Of a DNA stretch of 37,796 bases, positions 25,609 to 33,449 are shown piece after piece; within the stretch, counting starts at the first letter, position 1; each line of letters begins with the position of its first letter. The stretch spans positions 1 to 37,796 of IMG/VR virus record IMGVR_UViG_3300017700_000616; one strand, written 5' to 3'. A program made the position numbers and the translations under genes. Under the pieces are notes generated by a model, which saw only the letters and a program-made list of their open reading frames with translations, searched no databases and was not told the origin of the DNA. Source of the DNA: a virus (taxonomy: Duplodnaviria; Caudoviricetes).

Positions 25609-26024
25609 CACTTCTCCCCCTTCACAACCCAAGCCCCGAAAGCAGGGTCATAGACACGCCGTCCAAGCTCGATTTCCATGCGTTCCCGCTGCGCGTCAGC
25701 AATGGCCTTTAGGACGTGGCTTGAGCGCTTTTTCTGCTGCCGAAGTTTGGTATATTTCTCGCCAGCGACTTCTAGCCAACGAGCCAACGAGGCAAGCTTT
25801 TCGTTCTTGCGCTGGGCATCCGTCAAGCCGTTGAACCGTTCTCGCTCGGCCTCCATTCGGCCAACGAAAGACGGGGCCGTGTAGGCGTCCACTAGTGGTT
25901 TCTTGGCCGCATAGAACGGATCGTTCTGCCAAGCCCATTGAGACGGATCGCCGTGATCTCTCTTCCCGAAAAGCCACTTCTTCACTTCAAGGAAGGGGGT
26001 TAGTATTTTGGTGAGGAGGCTCAT
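25608..26024 (-). CDS. Hypothetical protein
   Basis: AAGGAG SD, ATGA coupling. Confidence 0.6.
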   Translation of the reverse strand: MSLLTKILTPFLEVKKWLFGKRDHGDPSQWAWQNDPFYAAKKPLVDAYTAPSFVGRMEAERERFNGLTDAQRKNEKLASLARWLEVAGEKYTKLRQQKKRSSHVLKAIADAQRERMEIELGRRVYDPAFGAWVVKGEK

Positions 26025-26323
26025 TGGGCTTTCTCCTTAGCTTTCTCTTTGGACGGTGTGCGCGTGGGTCCTTCTGGCTGGCCAGACTTGATCGTCAGGA
26101 AGGCTTCGATGGTCAGGCTGGAGTTGCGGCGCTGGACCTTGCGGAAGCGATAAGAATAAAAACCTATCTTCCACCACTCACTCGGATTGGCGCCAGAAAC
26201 CCTCACGCCAGACCCGCCCAAAAGAATCATCGTGACGAAATATGTTCGTCCGCGCACCAACTCAGGAGCGCCATCGTCAAGCACACAGATGACCTTATCA
26301 CCCGGTTTGAAGTCACAGCTCAT
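26021..26323 (-). CDS. Hypothetical protein with SH3-like N-terminus
   Basis: FKPGDKVICV...RFRKV motif; AAGGAGG SD. Confidence 0.65.
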   Translation of the reverse strand: MSCDFKPGDKVICVLDDGAPELVRGRTYFVTMILLGGSGVRVSGANPSEWWKIGFYSYRFRKVQRRNSSLTIEAFLTIKSGQPEGPTRTPSKEKAKEKAQ

Positions 26324-26526
26324 TTGCTTTCCTCCTTAGCCTTACGGCGCAGCTCTTTGTTCATGGCGTTGCGGGCGCGTTGGACGGCCTTGCGGCGGAT
26401 TTCGTCCCGCGCCCCTTGAAGTTGTCCGACTCGGTTTCTGGCGCAATTCAACTGTCCAAGCCACACGGCCATGTCGGCCTGCTCCTTGCTCGTTAGGAAC
26501 TTTTCCCACTCGTATAGACGTGCCAT
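26320..26526 (-). CDS. First gene of the leftward early arm, basic helical protein
   Basis: CAGGAGG SD before ATG 26526. Confidence 0.65.
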   Translation of the reverse strand: MARLYEWEKFLTSKEQADMAVWLGQLNCARNRVGQLQGARDEIRRKAVQRARNAMNKELRRKAKEESK

Positions 26527-26550
26527 GCGGCCTCCTGTTTCTGTCCCGCC

Positions 26551-26578
26551 ATCATGCACGACAGGAAAAGAATGTAAA
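26551..26578 (-). promoter_or_regulatory. Leftward early promoter
   Basis: TTTACA-N16-CATGAT on the minus strand, back to back with the rightward promoter. Confidence 0.6.
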
Positions 26579-26593
26579 CCCCGATAAAAGGTG

Positions 26594-26646
26594 TTGACGC
26601 ATCCATTCCCTCCGCTATGTTGGTTTCAACAGAGGAGAGAGACATG
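26594..26646 (+). promoter_or_regulatory. Early promoter cassette P1
   Basis: TTGACG-N16-TATGTT, then TCAACAGAGGAGA...GACATG. Confidence 0.75.
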
Positions 26647-26835
26647 ACCAACAAGTTTTCCTACACCCAAGTCGGTGACCGCGTTTCGGTTCGTCTTGAT
26701 GGGCGCAAGGTGGGCGAGATTCGCCCGGCAAAAGGCGGTGGCTTTGTCTATCAGCCGCTTGGCTCCAAAATGACTGGCGACAAGTTCTCTTCCGTTGCCC
26801 TCGTCAAGGCCTCCATTGAGGGAGCCGACCAATGA
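26644..26835 (+). CDS. 63-aa immediate-early hypothetical protein
   Basis: GAGGAG SD directly after P1. Confidence 0.7.
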   Translation: MTNKFSYTQVGDRVSVRLDGRKVGEIRPAKGGGFVYQPLGSKMTGDKFSSVALVKASIEGADQ

Positions 26836-27143
26836 TCGGAGAGTCCAACTTCAACCAAGCCGCCGAAGCCTTCGAGACGTGGGTTCTGGAGAGCAGCGAG
26901 GGCGTTGACCAACGGGGTCTGATCTCGGAAGCCGGTAACGACACGGTGCGGATGGATCTCGCCGCCAAGCGCCTGAAGCTGGCCGTCGAGACGTATATCT
27001 CAGACCTCAAGGGCTGGCACATCGGTAAGCCCACTGAGGACGCCGAAGAGATTTGCAGGGTCGTCATGGATCACATGCAAGACAGCGTAGGCCATCAAGC
27101 CTCTGACGTTCTGAGGGCGTCTCTTAAGGTGGGGGAGAAGTGA
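26832..27143 (+). CDS. Hypothetical protein
   Basis: ATGA coupling. Confidence 0.6.
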   Translation: MIGESNFNQAAEAFETWVLESSEGVDQRGLISEAGNDTVRMDLAAKRLKLAVETYISDLKGWHIGKPTEDAEEICRVVMDHMQDSVGHQASDVLRASLKVGEK

Positions 27144-27319
27144 TGAGCCGAGCTAGTTTCTGGTTGGATTTCTTGGTGTGTGTTCTGTCCACTATGGCTC
27201 TCTACGCGGTGGCCGGAGGGGTCAGTTGGGTGAACTTCTTTGTGATCGCTACGTCCTTGGTTGCGGTGCGATGTTCCGCAATTTTTGACGAATATTGCAA
27301 GCGAAAGGATTCAGAATGA
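27143..27319 (+). CDS. 58-aa 2-TM membrane peptide (not in ORF track)
   Basis: MSRASFWLDFLVCVLSTMALYAVAGGVSWVNFFVIATSLVAV...; coupled at both ends. Confidence 0.55.
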   Translation: MSRASFWLDFLVCVLSTMALYAVAGGVSWVNFFVIATSLVAVRCSAIFDEYCKRKDSE

Positions 27320-27588
27320 CCAATATCAACGAGACAATGGAGCGTTTGAGCGCTGTCGTAGCGGAAGCCGAAAAGTGGGGCCACCTTCAAGGCAACATTA
27401 CCGACCTGAAAGCCCTCCTCTCCTACACCAAGCAATGTAGGGAGGCATTGAGCGAAATGATAAAGGTGGCCGATCAATATGTCGCCAGCGGGTCGGATTT
27501 GGCGCGAGCCATAAAGGCAGACCAAATCGGCCCCATCATTGATGAAGCCCGCCAAGCCCTCTCCACCCAACCCGGAGAAAGAGAATGA
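27316..27588 (+). CDS. Hypothetical protein
   Basis: AAAGGA SD; IIDEARQALS C-terminus. Confidence 0.6.
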   Translation: MTNINETMERLSAVVAEAEKWGHLQGNITDLKALLSYTKQCREALSEMIKVADQYVASGSDLARAIKADQIGPIIDEARQALSTQPGERE

Positions 27589-27815
27589 GCGAGTGGCAAC
27601 CGATTGAGACTGCGCCGAAGGATGGGACTGAATTCCAAGTCTGGATGCCGAGCCCAAGCGAACACTGGCCCGAGGGATGGTGGGAAGCAAAGGCCCGATT
27701 TAACCCGGCCACCGAATGTTTCGAGACGTGGGGCCGGGTAGATTACGACGAAGAGGGGTGGGGGTTTTGCGAGCTTCCGACTCATTGGATGCCGTACCCG
27801 GAGCCTCCGAAATGA
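27585..27815 (+). CDS. DUF551-family protein
   Basis: MSEWQPIETAPKDG...PTHWMPYPEPP. Confidence 0.85.
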   Translation: MSEWQPIETAPKDGTEFQVWMPSPSEHWPEGWWEAKARFNPATECFETWGRVDYDEEGWGFCELPTHWMPYPEPPK

Positions 27816-27970
27816 AAACGCCGGTTACGTTTGAGGAATGCATATCGGCTGCAACAGCCGCGCTTGGCGGTCTAGAGCGCCTTACCCTCACCCCAGAACA
27901 ACAAACCAGATACGAACAATTCTGCATAAGGGCCATGTCCCTTCAAGCCAAGATGATGAGGAGGAAGTGA
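27812..27970 (+). CDS. Hypothetical protein
   Basis: MKTPVTFEEC start, coupled on both sides. Confidence 0.5.
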   Translation: MKTPVTFEECISAATAALGGLERLTLTPEQQTRYEQFCIRAMSLQAKMMRRK

Positions 27971-28443
27971 TGACCAAGGAGAGCGCATCGGAGCCGTGGA
28001 ATTTAGCGGGCGAAAAGTACAGCCCGAACTTAAGGAAATGGGCGAAGAAGAACGCCGCCTGCCCGTCACACGACGTTTACACCGACGCGAGCGGAACGCT
28101 CTGGATCGGATGGATTGACGACGGCAGGTGGTTCGTCGGCTCGCGGCTGTGGCGTGTTCTGACCTTTGGTCGCAAAGCCGAGGTCGGCTGCTGGATGTTC
28201 CCCGTCTCCGACCTGACGTTGCTGGAGTCCTTCTGGGCTGAGTACGAGGCGATTGGACGCTGCGCGATAGACCGTGGCCACTCGCGCCACTTTGGTGACG
28301 AGACGCGATGGTCCGAAACCGGCGAAACCCGGTCCTGCAAATGGTGTGGAAACGCCCGTCAGGGTCGGGTTCGTTGGACGGAGTCTGTGCCGCGCGAACG
28401 CTGGATTGATCTTCCTGTGAAGGAAGCCGAGGAAAGCGTATGA
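27970..28443 (+). CDS. Trp/Cys-rich hypothetical protein
   Basis: GAGGAG SD; GRCAID..H and RSCKWCG possible metal ligands. Confidence 0.65.
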   Translation: MTKESASEPWNLAGEKYSPNLRKWAKKNAACPSHDVYTDASGTLWIGWIDDGRWFVGSRLWRVLTFGRKAEVGCWMFPVSDLTLLESFWAEYEAIGRCAIDRGHSRHFGDETRWSETGETRSCKWCGNARQGRVRWTESVPRERWIDLPVKEAEESV

Positions 28444-28649
28444 CCCCCATAGCCAAATGGGAGAACGGCCAACTCTGGAGGCTGATCGGAAAGCGCTATG
28501 AGCCAGACCTTACGGGATGGGACTGCACTTTTCATCTGATGGTCCTCAAGTCCCTCCCGGAAGAATACCGAACCAGAGAAGTTACAGAATCAATCAAAGC
28601 CCTCGAAACAGCCTTTAAGGCTAGGCGAGCGGCAGAGGAGGAAGCGTGA
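28440..28649 (+). CDS. Hypothetical protein
   Basis: Coupled on both sides. Confidence 0.55.
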   Translation: MTPIAKWENGQLWRLIGKRYEPDLTGWDCTFHLMVLKSLPEEYRTREVTESIKALETAFKARRAAEEEA

Positions 28650-29281
28650 AAGTTTATCAGGCTATCAGCGCCGTAATGGCCGATCTGGCCGTTGACGGTA
28701 TCGGCAAGGACCGCAAGAACCAGCAGCAGAACTACAACTTCCGTGGCATTGACGACGTTTACAACGCCCTGTCGTCGGTCTTGGCGAAGCATCAGCTTTT
28801 GATGTTGCCCCGCGTCCTGTCGCGTGAAGTTGTGGAGCGGACGACGCAGAAAGGCGGCGTACTGTTCTATGTCACGGTTGAGGCTGAGTTCGATCTAGTC
28901 CACGCGGAAGACGGATCGACCCATACCATCAAAACCTACGGCGAGGCGATGGATATGGCCGACAAGGCCACGAACAAGGCCATGAGTGCGGCCTACAAGT
29001 ACGCGGCCATGCAGGCCTTCTGCATCCCCACGGAGGGCGATAACGACGCCGACGCGATGACCCATAGCGTTCAGCCCGCCAAGCAGGAGGCCAAAAAGCC
29101 GACACTGGCGGACCGGGCGAACCTGCTTGAAGACGCCCTACGCAATGCGCCGATCACCGATCTGGAAAAGGCATGGGCTAAGGGTTCCGCCCTGTGTGCT
29201 GAGCTTGATCTTTCGATGCCGGAGCGTCTGGATGAGCTGACGAAGCTGTATGAGGCGCTTCGAGACCCGGTTCCGTTCTGA
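28646..29281 (+). CDS. erf: ERF-family single-strand annealing recombinase
   Basis: YNFRGIDDVYNAL and GEAMDMADKATNKAMSAAYKYA...FCIPTEGDNDAD motifs. Confidence 0.88.
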   Translation: MKVYQAISAVMADLAVDGIGKDRKNQQQNYNFRGIDDVYNALSSVLAKHQLLMLPRVLSREVVERTTQKGGVLFYVTVEAEFDLVHAEDGSTHTIKTYGEAMDMADKATNKAMSAAYKYAAMQAFCIPTEGDNDADAMTHSVQPAKQEAKKPTLADRANLLEDALRNAPITDLEKAWAKGSALCAELDLSMPERLDELTKLYEALRDPVPF

Positions 29282-30006
29282 TGGAAGCCGTACACATTCC
29301 AAACGAGCCCGGCCCGTTCGACGCGATCCGCATTCACATTGACGACCTGTACTCGGAGGCCAAGAACTTTGCAGACGGGAAGCCGATTGAAACTCAGGGT
29401 CAGGCCGATGCGGTTCAGTCCCTCATGCGCCAGATTCAGGAGGCCGAAAAGCTTGCCGATGCCGAGCGGGTGAAGGAGAATGATCCGTTCGACAAGGGAA
29501 AGGCAGAGGTTCAGGCCCGATACGCCCCGTTGATTGCCAACACGAAGGCGGTAAAGGGCAAGACGGTTCTGGCGATTGAAGCGCTCAAGGCCTCGCTTTC
29601 CCCGTGGTTGCAACGGGTAGCCGATGAACAGGAAGCCGCTAGGCAGAAGGCCAAGGCCGAAGCCGACGCGGCAGCGCAGAAGGCGCAAGACGCTCTACGG
29701 TCCGCTCAGGGCCTCGCAGACAAGGAACAAGCCGAATCCCTAGCGGATGATGCCAAGGCCGCTTCAAGGGCTCTCAGTGACGCGGAAAAGGCCCGCCCTC
29801 AAGCTTCGGGTTATGGTCGGGCCGCTACTCTCCGAAGCGTGTGGAAGCCAAACCTGTCTGACGTTCGCCAAGCGTGCCGACACTATTTCACCGAACGCCC
29901 GGAAGCCTTTGAGGCTGTCGTGCAAAAACTGGCAGAGGATGACGTTCGCTCCGGCAAGCGCTCTATCCCCGGCTTCAACATCATTGAAACAAAGGTAGTC
30001 GCCTAA
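29281..30006 (+). CDS. Gam/Gp157-like coiled-coil recombination accessory protein
   Basis: Long A/E/K-rich coil ending in GKRSIPGFNIIE; between ERF and SSB. Confidence 0.55.
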   Translation: MEAVHIPNEPGPFDAIRIHIDDLYSEAKNFADGKPIETQGQADAVQSLMRQIQEAEKLADAERVKENDPFDKGKAEVQARYAPLIANTKAVKGKTVLAIEALKASLSPWLQRVADEQEAARQKAKAEADAAAQKAQDALRSAQGLADKEQAESLADDAKAASRALSDAEKARPQASGYGRAATLRSVWKPNLSDVRQACRHYFTERPEAFEAVVQKLAEDDVRSGKRSIPGFNIIETKVVA

Positions 30007-30365
30007 TGAAACAGATCACCATCGCAGGCCGCGTCACCAAAGACGCCGAACTTCGCCAAGCAGGGAACGATCAGGTGTGCGGGTTCTCCGTCGCCGTGGA
30101 TGACCGGCAGGGGCGGGAGAAAACCACCCTCTTCTTTGAATGCTCGATTTGGGGCAAGCGGGGCGAATCTCTCCAGCCTCATATCAAGAAGGGCGCGCCG
30201 ATCACGGTTTCAGGCGACCTCACCAGCCGTGAGAACAACGGCAAAACCTATCTGGGCGTTCGGGTGGATCAGGTGACGTTGCAGGGCTCGGCAGGCGGCG
30301 GCGGTTCGGATCGTCAAGAGCCCTCCAAGCCCGCTTACGACCTAGACTCAGAAGTGCCGTTTTGA
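30006..30365 (+). CDS. ssb: Single-stranded DNA-binding protein
   Basis: ITIAGRVTKDAELR, FSVAV, KKGAPITVSG and acidic DLDSEVPF tail. Confidence 0.95.
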   Translation: MKQITIAGRVTKDAELRQAGNDQVCGFSVAVDDRQGREKTTLFFECSIWGKRGESLQPHIKKGAPITVSGDLTSRENNGKTYLGVRVDQVTLQGSAGGGGSDRQEPSKPAYDLDSEVPF

Positions 30366-30368
30366 TCA

Positions 30369-30764
30369 ATGGCAACCGCCCTCGTAACCATTAGAGGGAA
30401 GGCAGACAGGGACAGGGTTCATCGGTGGGTGGATTCTGTCCCTGATCTGACCCGCGTCGCCTTTCACGATCCAAAGCGCTCGCTCCCCCAGAATGACAAA
30501 TGGTGGGCCTGTCTGACGGACATATCCCGGCAAGCCATGCATCACGGTCTAAAGCTAGAGCCGTCCGATTGGGGAGCGCTATTTCTTGACGCCCTGACTA
30601 GAGAGGTCCGGCTTTTGCCAAGCCTAGACGGAACGGGCTTCGTCAATCTGCGGCGTTCATCCAGTCAGCTTTCCCATAAAGAATTCAGCGACTTGATCGA
30701 GATAGTCCATGCGTGGGGAGCGGCTAACGGGATTATTTTCCGGGATAGCGAACAAGACCGTTGA
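30369..30764 (+). CDS. ninB: NinB/Orf-family recombination protein
   Basis: KRSLPQNDKWWACLTDISRQ and SSQLSHKEFSDLIEIVHAWGA motifs. Confidence 0.85.
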   Translation: MATALVTIRGKADRDRVHRWVDSVPDLTRVAFHDPKRSLPQNDKWWACLTDISRQAMHHGLKLEPSDWGALFLDALTREVRLLPSLDGTGFVNLRRSSSQLSHKEFSDLIEIVHAWGAANGIIFRDSEQDR

Positions 30765-30815
30765 CGTGACCGGTCCTGTGTGGTTCTATGGCTCAACAGA
30801 GGAGATAACGACATG
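30761..30815 (+). promoter_or_regulatory. Early promoter cassette P2
   Basis: TTGACG-N26-TCAACAGAGGAGA...GACATG; GACCGGTC palindrome in the spacer. Confidence 0.7.
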
Positions 30816-31004
30816 ACCCAGAACCTTGAAACCACCTACGACGCGCGCGGCTCGGTCGCCCAAACCAAAGGCGACGTTACGATTTTCTGCCGCCGGGGCT
30901 ATGGCGCGACGACTGGCGACCCGAAACTGTACTCGGCTTATCGGGGCCAAGAGTTTATCGGGTATTTCCCCACGCAAATCGAAGCGTCTCAGGCTGCTCG
31001 ATGA
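30813..31004 (+). CDS. 63-aa hypothetical protein after P2
   Basis: GAGGAG SD. Confidence 0.7.
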   Translation: MTQNLETTYDARGSVAQTKGDVTIFCRRGYGATTGDPKLYSAYRGQEFIGYFPTQIEASQAAR

Positions 31005-31213
31005 CCGACGCATCCCGTAAAGCCAAAGAGCGCGCATCCCGTAAAGCCAAGGGGGAAAAGCGGGTGGAGTTGTGGCTTGAGCCACTACAACTCGAAATCT
31101 TGGATTTTCTCCGAAAGAAAAACGCTCGCAACGCATCAGAGGTGGTGTCGGTGTTGTTGTTCCATGAGTGGCTGGAAAGCGGTGATGCCATGCTTTTGGA
31201 GAGCGAAAAATGA
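31001..31213 (+). CDS. Ribbon-helix-helix-like regulator
   Basis: Basic N-terminal helix, GEKRVELWL strand, then NASEVV helix. Confidence 0.6.
   Translation: MTDASRKAKERASRKAKGEKRVELWLEPLQLEILDFLRKKNARNASEVVSVLLFHEWLESGDAMLLESEK
31009..31050 (+). repeat. 18-bp direct repeat, 24-bp period, inside the RHH gene
   Basis: cgcatcccgtaaagccaa at 31009-31026 and 31033-31050 (ASRKAK twice). Confidence 0.9.
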
Positions 31214-31362
31214 CCTTCCCCCTAACAATCAGCCAAGCCCGTCTTCTCCTGATCCTCGCTGGAAAGTCAGATGAGAGCGCGATCAGGCCCGGCCAGTTTT
31301 CGGGCCTAGAGGCCAACGATTTAGTTCAGGCTCTAAGGGCATTTACGGCGAATCAAAAATAA
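31210..31362 (+). CDS. 50-aa hypothetical protein (not in ORF track)
   Basis: GGAG SD and ATGA coupling; MTFPLTISQARLLLILAG. Confidence 0.45.
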   Translation: MTFPLTISQARLLLILAGKSDESAIRPGQFSGLEANDLVQALRAFTANQK

Positions 31363-31375
31363 TACCGTTACCCTG

Positions 31376-31428
31376 TTGACGTAACCCCGGAGACGCGGAA
31401 CAAGGGATCAACAACGGAGAACGACATG
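31376..31428 (+). promoter_or_regulatory. Early promoter cassette P3
   Basis: TTGACG-N26-TCAACAACGGAGA...GACATG; GTTAC...GTAAC dyad around the -35. Confidence 0.7.
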
Positions 31429-31581
31429 ACCAACCCCGCCCTGAACGCCGCTTACACCGCCGCCTACGCCAAACTGGAAGCTCTGCAAGCCGCAGGTGAA
31501 GACATTTGCAGCCGCTTCTACGCAGAATTCTGCGAGCTGGCCCGTCGTGATTACGACGAAAATCGCGGACTCTATGCTTGA
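31426..31581 (+). CDS. 51-aa helical protein after P3 (not in ORF track)
   Basis: MTNPALNAAYTAAYAKLEALQAAGEDICSRFYAEFCELARRDYDENRGLYA; GGAG SD. Confidence 0.7.
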   Translation: MTNPALNAAYTAAYAKLEALQAAGEDICSRFYAEFCELARRDYDENRGLYA

Positions 31582-31753
31582 GTTCAAAGACAACCGGCTG
31601 GCGGGCCTTCTCCGGGAGGTCCGCGAAGCCATTGAGGACTGTGACGACCCGACGACGCTAAGGCGGTTCGGGGTCAGCCTCAAAGCATATGGCGACAGCG
31701 CTAGAGGCAAGGGGTTCGACCTTCAGCCAAAAAAAGGAAACAGAACGTGGTGA
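31574..31753 (+). CDS. Hypothetical protein
   Basis: MLEFKDNRLAG start overlapping the previous stop. Confidence 0.55.
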   Translation: MLEFKDNRLAGLLREVREAIEDCDDPTTLRRFGVSLKAYGDSARGKGFDLQPKKGNRTW

Positions 31754-31932
31754 CCTCTCGCCAAGCCCAACACAAAAAGCGCCAGAGAGAAAAGGGCTAC
31801 AAAGCCTTTGAGGTAGAGCTAAGCCCGGAGGATCAGGCCCAGCTTTCCTCGCTCTCCACGGCGATGAACGTCAGCCAGTCAGAAGCCATCCGCCGAGCCA
31901 TTTCAGCGGCATTTACCAATCAAGGAGGGTGA
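31747..31932 (+). CDS. CopG-like ribbon-helix-helix regulator
   Basis: GYKAFEVELSPEDQAQL...NVSQSEAIRRAI. Confidence 0.75.
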   Translation: MVTSRQAQHKKRQREKGYKAFEVELSPEDQAQLSSLSTAMNVSQSEAIRRAISAAFTNQGG

Positions 31933-31936
31933 GAGA

Positions 31937-32107
31937 ATGAAGGACGAATCTAAGAGCGACGACTTTGCTCCTTGGCTTGAAGACGGGCGCAATTTGCTGA
32001 ACGCCCTGTCGGCCCATATCGAGAGCGGACAAGACGCTGGCATGTTTAATATCAAAAGCGTTCCGCCGTTCTCCAACCTCCTGAAAGGCCAGAACAATGA
32101 GCGGTGA
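31937..32107 (+). CDS. 56-aa hypothetical protein (not in ORF track)
   Basis: AAGGAGG upstream; MKDESKSDDFAPWLEDGRNLLNAL. Confidence 0.5.
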   Translation: MKDESKSDDFAPWLEDGRNLLNALSAHIESGQDAGMFNIKSVPPFSNLLKGQNNER

Positions 32108-32309
32108 GACGATGGATGAGAAAGATTGGACGCATCAATGGTCGCTGGACGATCTGTCCAATCTAACGGCGGCGCTCGCGAACGCATCTGAGGATTGGAT
32201 TAACAACGATGAAGATTCAAGAAAGCTTTTCGGAGAGGCCCGATGGGCGGTCGAGTGGCTTGTTGATCAAGTCGTGAGCCTGACGGCTGAAACGCAAGGT
32301 GCCGCGTGA
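32097..32309 (+). CDS. Small acidic hypothetical protein
   Basis: D/E/W-rich 70 aa, coupled. Confidence 0.55.
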   Translation: MSGETMDEKDWTHQWSLDDLSNLTAALANASEDWINNDEDSRKLFGEARWAVEWLVDQVVSLTAETQGAA

Positions 32310-32545
32310 CAGTCAGTGCATCCAACGGAGATTCAGGCTCGTATTTCCGAACGCCTTCGCGGGGGTTTAAGAATCTCAGCTCGGGGCGGTTTTACGTTCC
32401 TCCAGTCGGAGGAGGGGGAGAGCCGTTTAGGCTCGAAACCAACGAAGAATACCAAGCGCGACTTGTCGCCTTCGATGCCGGAATTCAGAGGGTGGATCAA
32501 TCTCCGGCCAATCCCGTTACCCATCAAACAGGAGATAAGCCATGA
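32306..32545 (+). CDS. Hypothetical protein
   Basis: GTGA and ATGA couplings. Confidence 0.45.
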   Translation: MTVSASNGDSGSYFRTPSRGFKNLSSGRFYVPPVGGGGEPFRLETNEEYQARLVAFDAGIQRVDQSPANPVTHQTGDKP

Positions 32546-32694
32546 GCCTTCTTTTCGTCCTCGCAGTTCTCGTCGGCTTCGGCCTTTGGGTTGCTGCTGC
32601 CATTCCGGGTTCGCGCGTCCCTGAGTGGGTGCCTCGTGCGTGCTTCTTCGTCGCTGCGCTGATCTGGGCCATTCCGCAACTGAGTGGCGTCTAG
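32542..32694 (+). CDS. 50-aa 2-TM membrane peptide (not in ORF track)
   Basis: CAGGAG SD; MSLLFVLAVLVGFGLWVAAAIPGSRVPEWVPRACFFVAALIWAIPQLSGV. Confidence 0.7.
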   Translation: MSLLFVLAVLVGFGLWVAAAIPGSRVPEWVPRACFFVAALIWAIPQLSGV

Positions 32695-32742
32695 GGCGTT
32701 CTTCAGGCTAAGCGGACGTTCCGCCGATCCATGGAGACGACG

Positions 32743-33030
32743 ATGACCAACAAGAACGAAAAGCCGAAGCAGTCCGAAAAAGACAAGGCAGAAGCCAACC
32801 GCATCCAGCCCGACAAGCCCCTTGGTGAGGTCGTGCATCAGGAAGAGGAAGACTTCTACGCCAAGCAGCGCCGCGAGTCCCCGGACGGCATGACTGCTGC
32901 CGAACGTGATCAGCACCAGAAGGCCGCTCCCGGCGCTCTGGAGCAAACCAGCCCGGACGGGGAAAAGCTGGGCGAAGACACTGACGAAGCCAACCCGGTT
33001 GGTGGTAAGCAGCAATCCGGCGGACGCTAA
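32743..33030 (+). CDS. Highly hydrophilic, probably disordered protein
   Basis: GGAG SD, strong codon bias, own terminator. Confidence 0.7.
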   Translation: MTNKNEKPKQSEKDKAEANRIQPDKPLGEVVHQEEEDFYAKQRRESPDGMTAAERDQHQKAAPGALEQTSPDGEKLGEDTDEANPVGGKQQSGGR

Positions 33031-33049
33031 CTCAACGCCAGACTAACGG

Positions 33050-33082
33050 AACCCTCGATGCCTTGCGGTGTCGGGGGTTTCT
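33050..33082 (+). terminator. Terminator hairpin ending the rightward early arm
   Basis: aaccctcgatgcc-TTGC-ggtgtcgggggtt followed by TCT. Confidence 0.65.
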
Positions 33083-33090
33083 GCTATCTT
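33063..33090 (+). promoter_or_regulatory. Putative promoter overlapping the terminator (start of late region)
   Basis: TTGCGG-N16-TATCTT preceded by GC, upstream of CAGGAG SD. Confidence 0.45.
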
Positions 33091-33117
33091 GAAGCCAACG
33101 CAAACAGGAGTCCTCCC

Positions 33118-33237
33118 ATGAAGGGCAAGATGCACAACGCCAGCGCTGGTAAGGTCAAGTCGATCAAGCCTCCGCGCAACCCGCTCGCTCCGATCAAAGG
33201 CACCGCGCCTGCCGTGTCGAGCAAGAAGGGCAACTGA
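33118..33237 (+). CDS. 39-aa lysine-rich peptide (not in ORF track)
   Basis: CAGGAG SD; MKGKMHNASAGKVKSIKPPRNPLAPIKGTAPAVSSKKGN; GC3-biased codons. Confidence 0.65.
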   Translation: MKGKMHNASAGKVKSIKPPRNPLAPIKGTAPAVSSKKGN

Positions 33238-33449
33238 ATGCCGCCGGTCTTGAAGGTTGTATCAGGGCTTAGCGCTGAAGAGGTCCTTAGCCTCACAGGA
33301 TCGGCGAAGTTTCTGGATGCCAGCCCGCAAACCGTTCTCCTCTGGCATATCCTGAGGCCTTGACGGAACGCCCCAAGGAGGTCTAACCATAAAACCGAAC
33401 CTCACGCAGAGCCACGGCAATAAGCGGAGCGTTCAAACCAAGGTGCTAA

